From an uncultured cyanobacterium (GTDB lineage Bacteria; Cyanobacteriota; Cyanobacteriia; Phormidesmidales; Phormidesmidaceae), in contig CAWBZI010000001.1 in the NCBI GenBank assembly GCA_963793265.1, positions 320,001 through 384,000 of the forward strand: a stretch of DNA of 64,000 nt, written 5' to 3'. The position numbers were made by a program, and so were the translations under genes. Below are positions 51,474 through 62,168 of the stretch, piece by piece (position 1 is the first letter of the stretch; each line of letters opens with the position of its first letter). The notes under the pieces are model-generated. The model worked only from the letters and a program-made list of their open reading frames with translations, did no database searches and had not been told where the DNA came from.

Positions 51474-52022
51474 TTACAGGCCAAAATTCTCACGATAGAA
51501 AGGCACTTGCTTTAGTCGTTCGTAGTTTTGCGAAATAAACAACTCCATATCCGCTAGCATACGCCCCACCAAGTTCACCAGCGAATCGCTGGCCTGGTAA
51601 GGATAGACTTTTACAAATCGAGGCAGCATTTGACGAAAAACACTGTGATACGGAAAGTCGGCTTTAGGTAGCTCGCAAACTAAAGCTGCTCTGTCGCAAA
51701 CCGCAAGGGGCAGACGCTGAGCGCTTCTAACTTCAAATGAAATGGGAACAGCCGGTGCTATCCGTGGGCTGACGCTGAAAGGAGAGTCTTTGGGAAAGAT
51801 CAATCCGATTTCAAGACTATCAAAGTGAGCCACTATCTTTTGATCGTAAATCAACCAGCCTTGAGGTTGATATCTTCTTTGAGGAACCGTTACTGCCGCT
51901 GAGAATATCCATCGCTGGGCTTGTCTGCTTGTGGTCAACACCGCGATTTGAAACTGATTGAGGTCGGCGATCGCCACTTCATCAAACAGAGACTCTGGTT
52001 CTTGATCGGAAAAACTAACCAT
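51474..52022 (-). CDS. Hypothetical protein
   Basis: 182-aa ORF, ATG preceded by GAGG on the minus strand, co-oriented upstream of the MFS gene. Confidence 0.6.
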   Translation of the reverse strand: MVSFSDQEPESLFDEVAIADLNQFQIAVLTTSRQAQRWIFSAAVTVPQRRYQPQGWLIYDQKIVAHFDSLEIGLIFPKDSPFSVSPRIAPAVPISFEVRSAQRLPLAVCDRAALVCELPKADFPYHSVFRQMLPRFVKVYPYQASDSLVNLVGRMLADMELFISQNYERLKQVPFYRENFGL

Positions 52023-52215
52023 ACCGCAACCTCACTTTGTCTAATCCGTCGCTTCAGTGAGATGGTTTGGGGCAGAGGTTTTCACATTATTTAACGCAAA
52101 AAAGTAAATTCTGTCACCTAAAAAAACTCACTATGTTATCGACGATACAGACACCAACAACAGCTCGTTGGGTCACCTCTATATTATGTATCCAATTTAG
52201 CAAAATGAGCACTAT

Positions 52216-52440
52216 TGAGTACTCGCTAACAGCGCTCTATTGAACGGAGTAAATAGCCCATAACCCTCTCTGTGAGGGCAATTCAGTTGAGTACAGCAAT
52301 TATCGGACGGGGCCGTCAAAATGCTAGCGCTGATGGCATGAAATACTCGTACCCCGATCTCAAAGAAATATTTTTGCCTGAGTTTTCAAGGGTTACCGCT
52401 GCTGAGTACAGGGTTAATCATTCAATAAATCCTACCGGGC
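52216..52440 (+). promoter_or_regulatory. CnfR-type multi-motif promoter upstream of nifB
   Basis: TGAGTACT at 52216, TGAGTACA at 52288 and 52403, GAAATACTCGTACCCC at 52340-52355. Confidence 0.8.
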
Positions 52441-52847
52441 TAGCGTTTTGAACTCGTTTTTGGCCCCTTGCTATAACTTTTTCATCGACGAACACCTAAG
52501 ACTTAAAGCCTTGAGACTTCAAGTTATTGAGCCAATCGGTGAAGTCAACCAAAAGCGCAACGTCAACCTTAGCTCAGTTAGAGCGTTTTCATCTTCTCGA
52601 CGCTTTGCCTTTTGTTTTCAACGATTGACCGATGCTAGTAGGTTCATGCGAGTCTAGTTCGATTTCAAGCGTACTCATCCTTGCCGGACTGCCCTGCCCG
52701 TTCTCTTTCTCTTGTATGGCAAATAAGCTAAGCAATGACGTTAGAGAAACCAAGCGCACCGCCGACCCTTGCGCTATCGAAACCGTTCCAAGACTCATTA
52801 GTTTTAGGCTGCTGCGCGATATCTCCTTAGTTCTTGCAACTCCCAAA

Positions 52848-52885
52848 CGGTGTTGTATTACTAAATCCCTGGTAGTGCAACACCG
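52848..52885 (+). other. 16-bp stem-loop in the nifB leader, followed by a pyrimidine tract
   Basis: CGGTGTTGTATTACTA-AATCCC-TGGTAGTGCAACACCG then CTTTCTCTCTTTTT. Confidence 0.65.
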
Positions 52886-52996
52886 CTTTCTCTCTTTTTG
52901 ACTTTTCGTTTCCACGCTCTCTTTTATCAAGCTTTCCCAAACGCCCTATAAGTTTCTCCTTTCTCTAGCCTTCAAAATCCTTTACCCCTTAAAACA

Positions 52997-54457
52997 ATGA
53001 CGCCTCCGCCAAACACCACCCTTACTGCTGCGCCTAAGACGACGCCCAACAAAAAGTCTGGCGGCTGCGGCTGTAGCTCTAAAAACGAAACTGCAGTTAG
53101 TGATACGCTCAAAGCTCGCATCGAAAACCATCCCTGCTACAGCGAGTCAGCACATCACCACTATGCTCGGATGCACGTTGCGGTGGCTCCGGCCTGCAAC
53201 ATTCAGTGCAACTTCTGCAATCGCAAATACGACTGCGCCAACGAAAGTCGCCCAGGCGTTGTCAGCGAACTGCTTACGCCCGAAGAAGCCGCTCATAAGG
53301 CTCTGGTAGTCGCGGGCAAGATTCCTCAAATGTCTGTTCTAGGCATCGCTGGCCCTGGCGACCCACTCGCAAACCCCGAGAAGACTTTTCGCACCTTTGA
53401 GCTGGTTGCCGAACAGGCCCCAGATATCAAGCTGTGCCTGTCTACGAATGGCCTAATGCTGCCCGACTATGTTGATCGCATTAAAGCGCTCAATGTCGAT
53501 CACGTCACTATCACCATTAATATGGTCGATCCGGCAATTGGCGAAAAAATCTACCCTTGGGTTCACTATCGCCGCAAGCGCTATCGCGGTATCGAAGGCG
53601 TCAAGATACTGCATCAGCGGCAGATGGAAGGTCTAGAGGCGCTGAGAGATGCCGATATCTTGTGCAAAGTGAATTCGGTACTGATTCCCGGCATTAATGA
53701 CGAACATATGCCAGAAGTGAATAAGGCAGTTCGAGAACGCGGCGCATTTTTGCACAATATTATGCCGCTAATTTCTAAGCCTGAGCACGGCACCTACTTT
53801 GGTCTAAACGGACAGCGTGGCCCGACGCCGAAAGAGCTTAAAACGGTTCAAGACGCCTGCGCTGGCAACATGAAGATTATGCGCCACTGCCGTCAGTGCC
53901 GGGCAGATGCGGTGGGCCTGTTGGGTGAAGATCGCAGCCAGGAATTCACCAAAGAGAAGTTTATGGCCATGCCAGTGGGCTACAACGCCGAAAAGCGCGA
54001 AGCCGTTCGCGAAGATATTAAACAGACTGAAGCGGCGATCGCCCAAAAGAAAGCAGCCCTCACCCAAAAAGTGGCGGCTAACCAAGCTGCTCAGACATCC
54101 GCTAGCTCTCCTAAAGTTTTAGTTGCTGTAGCTACAAAGGGTGGCGGCTTAGTCAATCAGCACTTCGGCCATGCCAAAGAGTTCATGATTTACGAAGTAG
54201 ACGCGGCTGAAGCGAAGTTTGTTGGCCATCGCAAAGTTGCCGACTACTGTCAGGGCGGCTATGGAGAAGAGGCTACGCTGACCGGCATTATCGAAACCAT
54301 TGCCGACTGCAAGGCCATTCTCGCATCTAAGGTAGGCCCTTGTCCTGCCAAGGCGCTGCAAAAAGCAGGGCTGTTTGTGGTAGAGGCTTACGACGTGATT
54401 GAAGCCGTCGCCCGAGCGTTCTATGACGAGCACGTTCTGGAGACCGTCTACGTGTAG
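52997..54457 (+). CDS. nifB: FeMo-cofactor biosynthesis radical SAM protein NifB
   Basis: [44 protein letters not shown]-terminal NifX-like domain (HFGHA). Confidence 0.97.
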   Translation: MTPPPNTTLTAAPKTTPNKKSGGCGCSSKNETAVSDTLKARIENHPCYSESAHHHYARMHVAVAPACNIQCNFCNRKYDCANESRPGVVSELLTPEEAAHKALVVAGKIPQMSVLGIAGPGDPLANPEKTFRTFELVAEQAPDIKLCLSTNGLMLPDYVDRIKALNVDHVTITINMVDPAIGEKIYPWVHYRRKRYRGIEGVKILHQRQMEGLEALRDADILCKVNSVLIPGINDEHMPEVNKAVRERGAFLHNIMPLISKPEHGTYFGLNGQRGPTPKELKTVQDACAGNMKIMRHCRQCRADAVGLLGEDRSQEFTKEKFMAMPVGYNAEKREAVREDIKQTEAAIAQKKAALTQKVAANQAAQTSASSPKVLVAVATKGGGLVNQHFGHAKEFMIYEVDAAEAKFVGHRKVADYCQGGYGEEATLTGIIETIADCKAILASKVGPCPAKALQKAGLFVVEAYDVIEAVARAFYDEHVLETVYV

Positions 54458-54501
54458 AAGCGACTCTATTTCCTCACTCTATATTCAGGGAGACTCAGGC
54501 C

Positions 54502-54909
54502 ATGACCTACGCTATCACCGAAAAATGCATCAGCTGTCAACGCTGCTTACCCGCTTGTCCAACCAACGCAATTGAGCGTGACGGTGACACCTTTCGGATA
54601 AACGCTGACTTATGCAACAACTGCCAGGGTGCTCACAGCGTTCCTCAGTGTTGGGCGGCCTGTCCCACCGATGGAGGCTGCGTGTCTCTATCTAATGCGG
54701 GTAGCTCGTTTACGCTAGGCAAAGCCCTAGAAAATACAACAGATTACTGGAAAGCCTGGCTAGCTGCCTACTCTCAAAGAGTTTCTCAACTGAGAAGCTC
54801 AGCCCAAGCCGACTACTGGCACGACTGGTTCGACAGCTATTCTCAAACGCTGCAACAGCTACAGGATAAAGCTCAAGAAGAGTCTAAAACGCTCCCGCTA
54901 GTCCCCTAA
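54502..54909 (+). CDS. fdxN: nif-specific 2x[4Fe-4S] ferredoxin FdxN
   Basis: CISCQRCLPACP and CNNC..PQCWAACP; located between nifB and nifS. Confidence 0.88.
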   Translation: MTYAITEKCISCQRCLPACPTNAIERDGDTFRINADLCNNCQGAHSVPQCWAACPTDGGCVSLSNAGSSFTLGKALENTTDYWKAWLAAYSQRVSQLRSSAQADYWHDWFDSYSQTLQQLQDKAQEESKTLPLVP

Positions 54910-54952
54910 CTGCTTACTGTTCACTCTCTTCTCATTCCCTCGGAGACCCAAA

Positions 54953-56173
54953 ATGGTTACTTATTTAGACAACAACGCCACCACCCAAATAGACCCTGTT
55001 GTTTTAGAGGCTATGTTGCCCTATTTGAGTAACCTCTACGGCAACCCGTCTTCTATGCATAGCTTTGGCGGTCAGGTGGGCGCAGCCGTTCAAAATGCTA
55101 GGGCTCAAGTGGCTGAACTCTTAGGTGCAGAAAATACCGAGATTATCTTCAATAGCTGCGGCAGCGAAGGTAACAACACCGCGATTCATGCCGCCCTTGC
55201 CGCCCAGCCTGACAAGCGTCACATCGTTACCACAGCGGTGGAACATCCTGCCATTCTCAATGTGTGCAAGCATCTAGAGAAAAAAGGCTACACGGTGACG
55301 TATCTGTCGGTTGATGGCCGCGGACAGCTCGATCTGATGGAGGTCGAGGCAGCGGTCACGGGGGGCACCGCGTTAGTCACGACGATGTATGCCAACAATG
55401 AAACCGGGGTGATTTTTCCGGTAGAAGAGATTGGCGCGATCGCCAAAGAATGCGGCGCAACGTTCCATGTTGATGCGGTACAAGCGGTCGGCAAAATCCC
55501 CATTAACCTCAAAGACAGCACCATCGATTTACTCACGCTATCTGGTCACAAGCTTCATGCTCCCAAGGGCGTTGGCGCGCTGTATGCTCGTCGCGGCTTT
55601 CGCTTTCGCCCGTTTTTGCTAGGCGGGCACCAGGAGCGCGGCAGACGCGCAGGGACTTCTAATGTCGCTAGCATTGTCGCGCTTGGTAAGGCTGCCGAAA
55701 TTGCCGGACAACAGTTGCAGGCGATCACCCAACTAGGCAACCCCCTCGCCAGCAACCCAGAAGCGCAGCTACGAAACCAGCTAGAGCAACAGCTTTTAGC
55801 CCTCATCCCGGACTGCGAAGTGAACGGCGGCGGCACGACTCGACTGCCCAATACGACCAACATCGGCTTCAAATATATCGAAGGCGAGGCCATCTTATTC
55901 ATGCTCGACAAGCACGGCATCTGCGCCTCCTCTGGCTCTGCCTGCACGTCAGGATCGCTCGATCCTTCACACGTGCTCACCGCCATGGGCCTGCCTTATA
56001 CCATTCTCCACGGCTCCATTCGCTTTAGCCTCTCTCGTTTTACCACCGAGGCCGATATTCAGCAGGTCATTGACGTTATGCCGACGATTGTTGAAAAACT
56101 GCGGGCCATGTCTCCTTTCAACAACGACCAGTCCGACTGGCTCCAAAGCCGGGATTTGGTTCACACGACCTAA
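54953..56173 (+). CDS. nifS: Cysteine desulfurase NifS
   Basis: [35 protein letters not shown]. Confidence 0.96.
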   Translation: MVTYLDNNATTQIDPVVLEAMLPYLSNLYGNPSSMHSFGGQVGAAVQNARAQVAELLGAENTEIIFNSCGSEGNNTAIHAALAAQPDKRHIVTTAVEHPAILNVCKHLEKKGYTVTYLSVDGRGQLDLMEVEAAVTGGTALVTTMYANNETGVIFPVEEIGAIAKECGATFHVDAVQAVGKIPINLKDSTIDLLTLSGHKLHAPKGVGALYARRGFRFRPFLLGGHQERGRRAGTSNVASIVALGKAAEIAGQQLQAITQLGNPLASNPEAQLRNQLEQQLLALIPDCEVNGGGTTRLPNTTNIGFKYIEGEAILFMLDKHGICASSGSACTSGSLDPSHVLTAMGLPYTILHGSIRFSLSRFTTEADIQQVIDVMPTIVEKLRAMSPFNNDQSDWLQSRDLVHTT

Positions 56174-56222
56174 GCTTTCTTCTTGCCTCTTTCTCCATTC
56201 TTCATTCACCCTTGTAACTGCC

Positions 56223-57101
56223 ATGTGGGACTATTCTGAAAAAGTACTCGACCTCTTTTATAACCCTGTCAATCAGGGCGCGATCGCAGACCCGAATGAA
56301 CCCGACGTGGCGGTGGTCTACGGTGAAGTGGGCAGCATTGCCTGCGGTGATGCCCTACGGCTCCATCTCAAAATTCAAGAATCGACTGAAACCATTCAAG
56401 ATGCTAGCTTTCAAACCTTTGGCTGCACCAGTGCGATCGCCTCTTCCTCAGCGTTAACTGAAATCATCAAGCAAAAGACGCTAGACGAAGCTCTAAACAT
56501 CAGCAACCATGATATTGCTGACTACTTATGTGGCTTGCCCGAAGCCAAAATGCACTGCTCGGTGATGGGGTAAGAAGCGCTAGAAGCAGCCATTTATAAG
56601 TATCGCGGCATAGAAATAGAACAGCATGACGACGACGATGGCACGCTGATTTGTTCCTGTTACGGCATTTCTGAGCCACGCATTCGCAGGGTGATTATTG
56701 AGAACGATCTCACATCAGTAGAGCAAGTTACCAACTATGTGAAAGCTGGTGGCGGCTGCGGTTCTTGTTTAGCGGGTATTGAAGATTTGCTCTTAGACGT
56801 GCAACAAGAAAAAGCGGCTCTCACAGAGAGAGTCGCCGCAGAAGTAGCTTCAACGTCAACACCGTTAACCCCTATTCAGAAGATTAATCTGATTCAACAG
56901 GTTTTGACCGAAGATGTGCGACCGATTTTACTGGCCGATGGCGGCGATATTGAACTCTATGACGTGAGCGGTGATGTGGTGACCGTATCGCTCAAAGGAG
57001 CCTGTGGCGGCTGCGCTAGTAGCCACGACACGCTGAAAAATTCGATAGAGACTCAGTTGCGATCGCGTATCTCTCCCACCCTCACCGTTGTAGAAGCCTA
57101 A
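56223..57101 (+). pseudogene. nifU: Fe-S scaffold NifU interrupted by an in-frame TAA at 56571-56573 (real nonsense mutation or sequence error)
   Basis: MWDYSEKV start, [39 protein letters not shown] all in one frame. Confidence 0.85.
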
Positions 57102-57165
57102 ACGTAGAAGCCTAAACCCATTATCGAGGTATCAGCCCATGGACTTTCTCCATCCCACACCCACC

Positions 57166-57204
57166 GTTGAACGTTCTCCTCCGAACTCAAGAGAACTGTT
57201 CAAT
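57166..57204 (+). other. Stem-loop in the nifU-nifH spacer
   Basis: GTTGAAC-GTTCTC ... GAGAAC-T-GTTCAAT. Confidence 0.55.
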
Positions 57205-57251
57205 CCACCGTTTAATCCATTACTTTCGCTACCCACTTAGGAGCCTTTTAA

Positions 57252-58133
<882 letters not shown>

Positions 58134-58187
58134 AGCGGCTCTCTCTATCAGCTTTTAGGTCAGTTTTCTTAGCTGCTTTGCTGATTC

Positions 58188-58235
58188 GGATTGAGATGTA
58201 GCAAACCTACCTTAGTTCTGTTGCATCTCAATTCC
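58188..58235 (+). other. Stem-loop in the nifH-nifD spacer
   Basis: GGATTGAGATGTAGCA ... TGTTGCATCTCAATTCC. Confidence 0.65.
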
Positions 58236-58276
58236 ACCCATATTTCACTATTCCCTACACTTATTGAGAGGGCATT

Positions 58277-59731
58277 ATGACTACTGTAGAAGACAGAAAA
58301 GACCTCATTAATGAGGTACTAGACGCGTATCCGGCGAAAGGTAAAAAAAGACGCTCCAAGCACCTTGGTGTTAAAGAAGCAGAAGCTTCTGACTGCGGCG
58401 TTAAGTCTAATAAAAAGTCCGTTCCCGGTGTGATGACGACTCGTGGCTGTGCCTATGCTGGCGCGAAAGGGGTAGTTTGGGGGCCGGTGAAAGACATGAT
58501 TCACATCAGCCATGGCCCGGTGGGCTGCGGCTACTATTCCTGGTCAGGGCGGCGTAACTATTACGTGGGTACAACGGGTGTAGATACCTTTGGTACTATG
58601 CAGTTTACCTCTGACTTTCAAGAGCGAGACATTGTTTTTGGTGGAGACAAAAAGCTCGCTAAGCTGATTGATGAGCTTGAAGAACTCTTTCCGCTGAGCC
58701 AAGGCACGACGATTGAATCGGAATGTCCAGTCGGCTTAATTGGAGACGATATTGAAGCCGTCGCTAGAGCGAAGGCTAAAGACACTGGCAAGCCAGTTGT
58801 GCCGGTTCGCTGTGAAGGTTTCCGAGGCGTGTCACAGTCGCTAGGTCACCATATTGCAAACGACACCGTGCGCGACTGGGTGCTGCCCAAAGCTGACGAA
58901 TATCGCAAGCTGCCAGAAGGCTTTGAGCCAGGGCCTTACGATGTCAACATTGTGGGTGACTACAACATTGGTGGTGACGCCTGGCCTAGCCGCAAGCTCA
59001 TGGAAGATATGGGCCTAAGAGTAATCTCTCAGTTCTCTGGAGACGGCTCGTTTAACGAGGTCGTGATGGCTCCTCTAGCCAAACTCAACCTCATTCACTG
59101 CTATCGCTCCATGAATTACATCTGTCGTTTTATGGAAGAGAAGTATGGTATTGGCTGGCTAGAGTACAACTTCTTTGGCCCCTCGCAGATTGCCAAGTCA
59201 CTGCGCAAAATTGCAGCGCAGTTTGACGAGACGATTCAAGCTCAAGCAGAAGAAGTGATTGCAGCTAACCAGGCTCGCATGGACAGCGTTATTGCCAAGT
59301 ATCGTCCTCGCCTAGAGGGCAAAACGGTGATGATGATGGTCGGTGGTTTGCGCCCTCGTCACGTTATCCCAGCCTTTACAGATTTGGGGATGAAAGTGAT
59401 TGGCACAGGCTACGAGTTTGGCCATGCAGATGACTATAAGCGAACGGCTGACTACGTTGAAGAAGGCACGCTAATCTATGACGACGTGAGTGGCTTTGAA
59501 TTTGAAGAGTTTGCTAAAAAGCTGAACCCTGACCTGATTGCGGCTGGCATTAAAGAGAAGTACGTCTTCCAAAAGATGGCACTGCCCTTCCGACAGATGC
59601 ACTCTTGGGATTATTCCGGCCCTTACCACGGCTACGAAGGCTTTGAAGTCTTTGCCCGCGATATGGACTTGGCTATCAACAATCCCACCTGGTCGTTGAT
59701 TAAGACGCCTTGGGAAACAGAAGCCGCTTGA
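58277..59731 (+). CDS. nifD: Nitrogenase MoFe protein alpha chain, uninterrupted
   Basis: [23 protein letters not shown] (Cys275), QMHSWDY (His442). Confidence 0.99.
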   Translation: MTTVEDRKDLINEVLDAYPAKGKKRRSKHLGVKEAEASDCGVKSNKKSVPGVMTTRGCAYAGAKGVVWGPVKDMIHISHGPVGCGYYSWSGRRNYYVGTTGVDTFGTMQFTSDFQERDIVFGGDKKLAKLIDELEELFPLSQGTTIESECPVGLIGDDIEAVARAKAKDTGKPVVPVRCEGFRGVSQSLGHHIANDTVRDWVLPKADEYRKLPEGFEPGPYDVNIVGDYNIGGDAWPSRKLMEDMGLRVISQFSGDGSFNEVVMAPLAKLNLIHCYRSMNYICRFMEEKYGIGWLEYNFFGPSQIAKSLRKIAAQFDETIQAQAEEVIAANQARMDSVIAKYRPRLEGKTVMMMVGGLRPRHVIPAFTDLGMKVIGTGYEFGHADDYKRTADYVEEGTLIYDDVSGFEFEEFAKKLNPDLIAAGIKEKYVFQKMALPFRQMHSWDYSGPYHGYEGFEVFARDMDLAINNPTWSLIKTPWETEAA

Positions 59732-59851
59732 AATCCGCAAACAATATAGGGGAGTCTTTGACTCCCTATTGCATCCGCACGCTGCTACACCTGGGGGCTG
59801 AGCGTAGTCAAAGCCCTCTATCCAGAATTTTCTCTCAAAAAGGAGAGCATC

Positions 59852-61459
59852 ATGACTGACAACCTTGACAATACTCAAAACACGCCCCCCGCCTCAGCTC
59901 CAGAAAATAACGGAACCAATTCCCCGGCAACTGAGCCCGGAAAAATTCAAGACCATTTTGATCTCTTCGTTAATGACGAATACCAAGCGCTGTTTGCTGA
60001 TAAGCGGCAGTACGAAGGGGCACACTCTCACGAGAAAGTGGCTGAAGTCGCTGAATGGACAAAATCTTGGGAGTATCGCGAGAAGAACTTTGAGCGTACT
60101 TCACTCACTGTCAATCCGGCGAAAGCCTGCCAGCCTTTGGGCGCTTTATTTGTTGCTTCTGGCTTTGAAGGTACGCTGCCCTATAGCCATGGTTCCCAGG
60201 GCTGCGTCGCTTATTTTCGCACCCACCTCACTCGCAACTACAAAGAGCCTTTTCAAGCGGTTTCTTCTTCGATGACGGAAGATGCAGCCGTATTTGGTGG
60301 CCTAGCGAATATGAAACTGGGCCTAGAGAATGCCTACGAGCTGTACAAGCCTAAAATGATTGCTCTGTGCACTACCTGCATGGCAGAAGTCATTGGGGAT
60401 GACCTCGGTGCATTTGTGACAACGACTAAGCAAGAAGGTCATATCCCAACAGAGTTGCCGGTGCCCTTCGCTCATACACCTAGCTTTGTCGGCTCTCACA
60501 TCACCGGATACGACAACATGCTGAAGAGCATTTTGACCAATCTGACTAAAGATAAAAAAGCTGAAACGACCAACGGCAAGTTTAACTTTAACCTGGGCTT
60601 CGATCCATACATTGGCAACATCCGCGAGCTGAAGCGAATTTTGGGACTCTTTGGCATCGACTACACCATTCTCTCAGATAACTCGGATACGTTTGATTCT
60701 CCTAATACCGGTGAATTCAAAATGTACAACGGGTTGACCACACTGGAGGATGCTGCCGATTCAATTAACGCTGAAGGGACGTTCTTCTTCCAGAAGTACA
60801 CAACGCCTAAAACGCAGGAAACCATCTCAAAAGATTGGGAGCAAAAGACATACAACTTCCGTCCCTTTGGCATCAAAGGAACAGACGAGTTCTTGATGAA
60901 TCTTTCTGCTGTTACGGGCAAGCCCATTCCGCAAGAACTTCAGCAAGAACGCGGTCGCGCGGTTGACGCCCTGACAGATTCACAAGCTTGGATTCATGGC
61001 AAACGAGTTGCGCTCTACGGCGATCCTGACCACGTATTTAGTGTCACTCAGTTCTTGCTGGAGATGGGCGCTGAGCCAGTGCATATCGTGGTTTCAAACT
61101 CTAACGTAGACTTTGAAGCCGAACTGCGAGAAGTGCTAACCAACAGCCCCTACGGACAAGATGCCACTATCTGGGGCAAGAAGGATTTGTGGCACTTGCG
61201 ATCGCTCATGTTCACCGAGCCTGTAGACCTACTCATCGGTAACTCCTACGGCAAGTATCTATGGCGCGATACCGGCACACCGCTCGTCCGCATTGGCTAC
61301 CCAATCTTCGACCGGCACCACATGCACCGCTACGCCACCCTCGGCTACCAGGGCGCGATCAACCAGTTCAACTGGGCCGTGAACACGATTCTCGACGAGC
61401 TAGATCGCCAGACTATCGTTCCTGCGAAGACGGACATCTCCTTTGACCTGATTCGCTAA
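59852..61459 (+). CDS. nifK: Nitrogenase MoFe protein beta chain
   Basis: NPAKACQPLG, HGSQGCVAYFR, TTCMAEVIGDD, HTPSF; ends SFDLIR. Confidence 0.99.
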   Translation: MTDNLDNTQNTPPASAPENNGTNSPATEPGKIQDHFDLFVNDEYQALFADKRQYEGAHSHEKVAEVAEWTKSWEYREKNFERTSLTVNPAKACQPLGALFVASGFEGTLPYSHGSQGCVAYFRTHLTRNYKEPFQAVSSSMTEDAAVFGGLANMKLGLENAYELYKPKMIALCTTCMAEVIGDDLGAFVTTTKQEGHIPTELPVPFAHTPSFVGSHITGYDNMLKSILTNLTKDKKAETTNGKFNFNLGFDPYIGNIRELKRILGLFGIDYTILSDNSDTFDSPNTGEFKMYNGLTTLEDAADSINAEGTFFFQKYTTPKTQETISKDWEQKTYNFRPFGIKGTDEFLMNLSAVTGKPIPQELQQERGRAVDALTDSQAWIHGKRVALYGDPDHVFSVTQFLLEMGAEPVHIVVSNSNVDFEAELREVLTNSPYGQDATIWGKKDLWHLRSLMFTEPVDLLIGNSYGKYLWRDTGTPLVRIGYPIFDRHHMHRYATLGYQGAINQFNWAVNTILDELDRQTIVPAKTDISFDLIR

Positions 61460-61469
61460 ACCGAAAAGA

Positions 61470-61514
61470 GATAGGGATGGGGAATAGGAAACTGTCTCAT
61501 TCCCCATCCCTATC
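61470..61514 (+). terminator. Perfect 16-bp stem-loop after nifK
   Basis: GATAGGGATGGGGAAT / ATTCCCCATCCCTATC; no U-tract, so it may be a stability element rather than a terminator. Confidence 0.6.
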
Positions 61515-61549
61515 CCCTACTTCCTTATTCCCCTCGCCCTCCTCTCCCC

Positions 61550-61843
61550 ATGCGTCTTAGTGAAGAAATTGAAATCGACTCCGCGCCTATCTTTGACTTA
61601 GGCAACCGCGTGAAAGTTCTCAAAAAGATCCGCAACGATGGTACCTTCCCTGGTAAAGACAAGGGCGCACTGCTCGCTGAACCCGGTGATATTGGCTTTA
61701 TTGTCAGCATTGGCACCTACTTACAAAGAGCATACATCTATTCTGTTCACTTCCTCGAATCCAATAAAGTTGTCGGCTGCTTGAGTCGAGAACTAGAACT
61801 CGCCGAAGATCGTCCGCCCCTAATCGGACAAGCCGATTATTGA
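61550..61843 (+). CDS. nifZ: NifZ
   Basis: IRNDGTFPG..G..L...GDIGFIVSIGTYLQ..YIYSVHF. Confidence 0.92.
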   Translation: MRLSEEIEIDSAPIFDLGNRVKVLKKIRNDGTFPGKDKGALLAEPGDIGFIVSIGTYLQRAYIYSVHFLESNKVVGCLSRELELAEDRPPLIGQADY

Positions 61844-61887
61844 ACGGCGCTTTTCTCTCTTTTCTCCTCACCTGTAGAGTTAGTCTC

Positions 61888-62166
61888 ATGAGCTTTCTAC
61901 CTTTATCCTTCAAATCATTCTCTCTATCGCTCCAGCCGCTATCTTCTGTGCGAGCGTGGCTAAATACTATCGAAGTTCGCAACGTTCGCACTGCCCAATG
62001 GATTTGTCGGCTGATTCCTAACACCTGTTCTCCCGGCTATGACCTGGCTCTGTTCGGTCGCACCTGGCTGCACTTACCCTCGCCTTGCGAGATAAATCCG
62101 CTTGCCGATGAACTGGTCGATCTTCGCTTTCGGGCGGCTGACTTTTTATACGAACAAGGTACGTAG
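61888..62166 (+). CDS. Mo-dependent nitrogenase C-terminal domain (Mo-nitro_C) protein
   Basis: WLNTIEV..AQWICRLIP..C....LFG....P..CEINPL..ELVDLRFRA; ATG at 61888 is the likely start. Confidence 0.8.
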   Translation: MSFLPLSFKSFSLSLQPLSSVRAWLNTIEVRNVRTAQWICRLIPNTCSPGYDLALFGRTWLHLPSPCEINPLADELVDLRFRAADFLYEQGT

Positions 62167-62168
62167 CC

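Noticed and set aside
52448..52930. ORFs 52448..52657, 52589..52930 and 52632..52901 upstream of nifB
   Set aside because: No recognisable motifs, they overlap one another, and they fall in the probable nifB leader
56571..56573. Selenocysteine or pyrrolysine recoding in nifU
   Set aside because: The codon is TAA, not TGA or TAG, and the conserved residue is Gln
57090..57117. GTAGAAGCCTAAAC x2 at the nifU stop, and similar short duplications near 41090-41117 and 47851-47885
   Set aside because: Simple slippage duplications with nothing inserted between copies, so not target-site duplications
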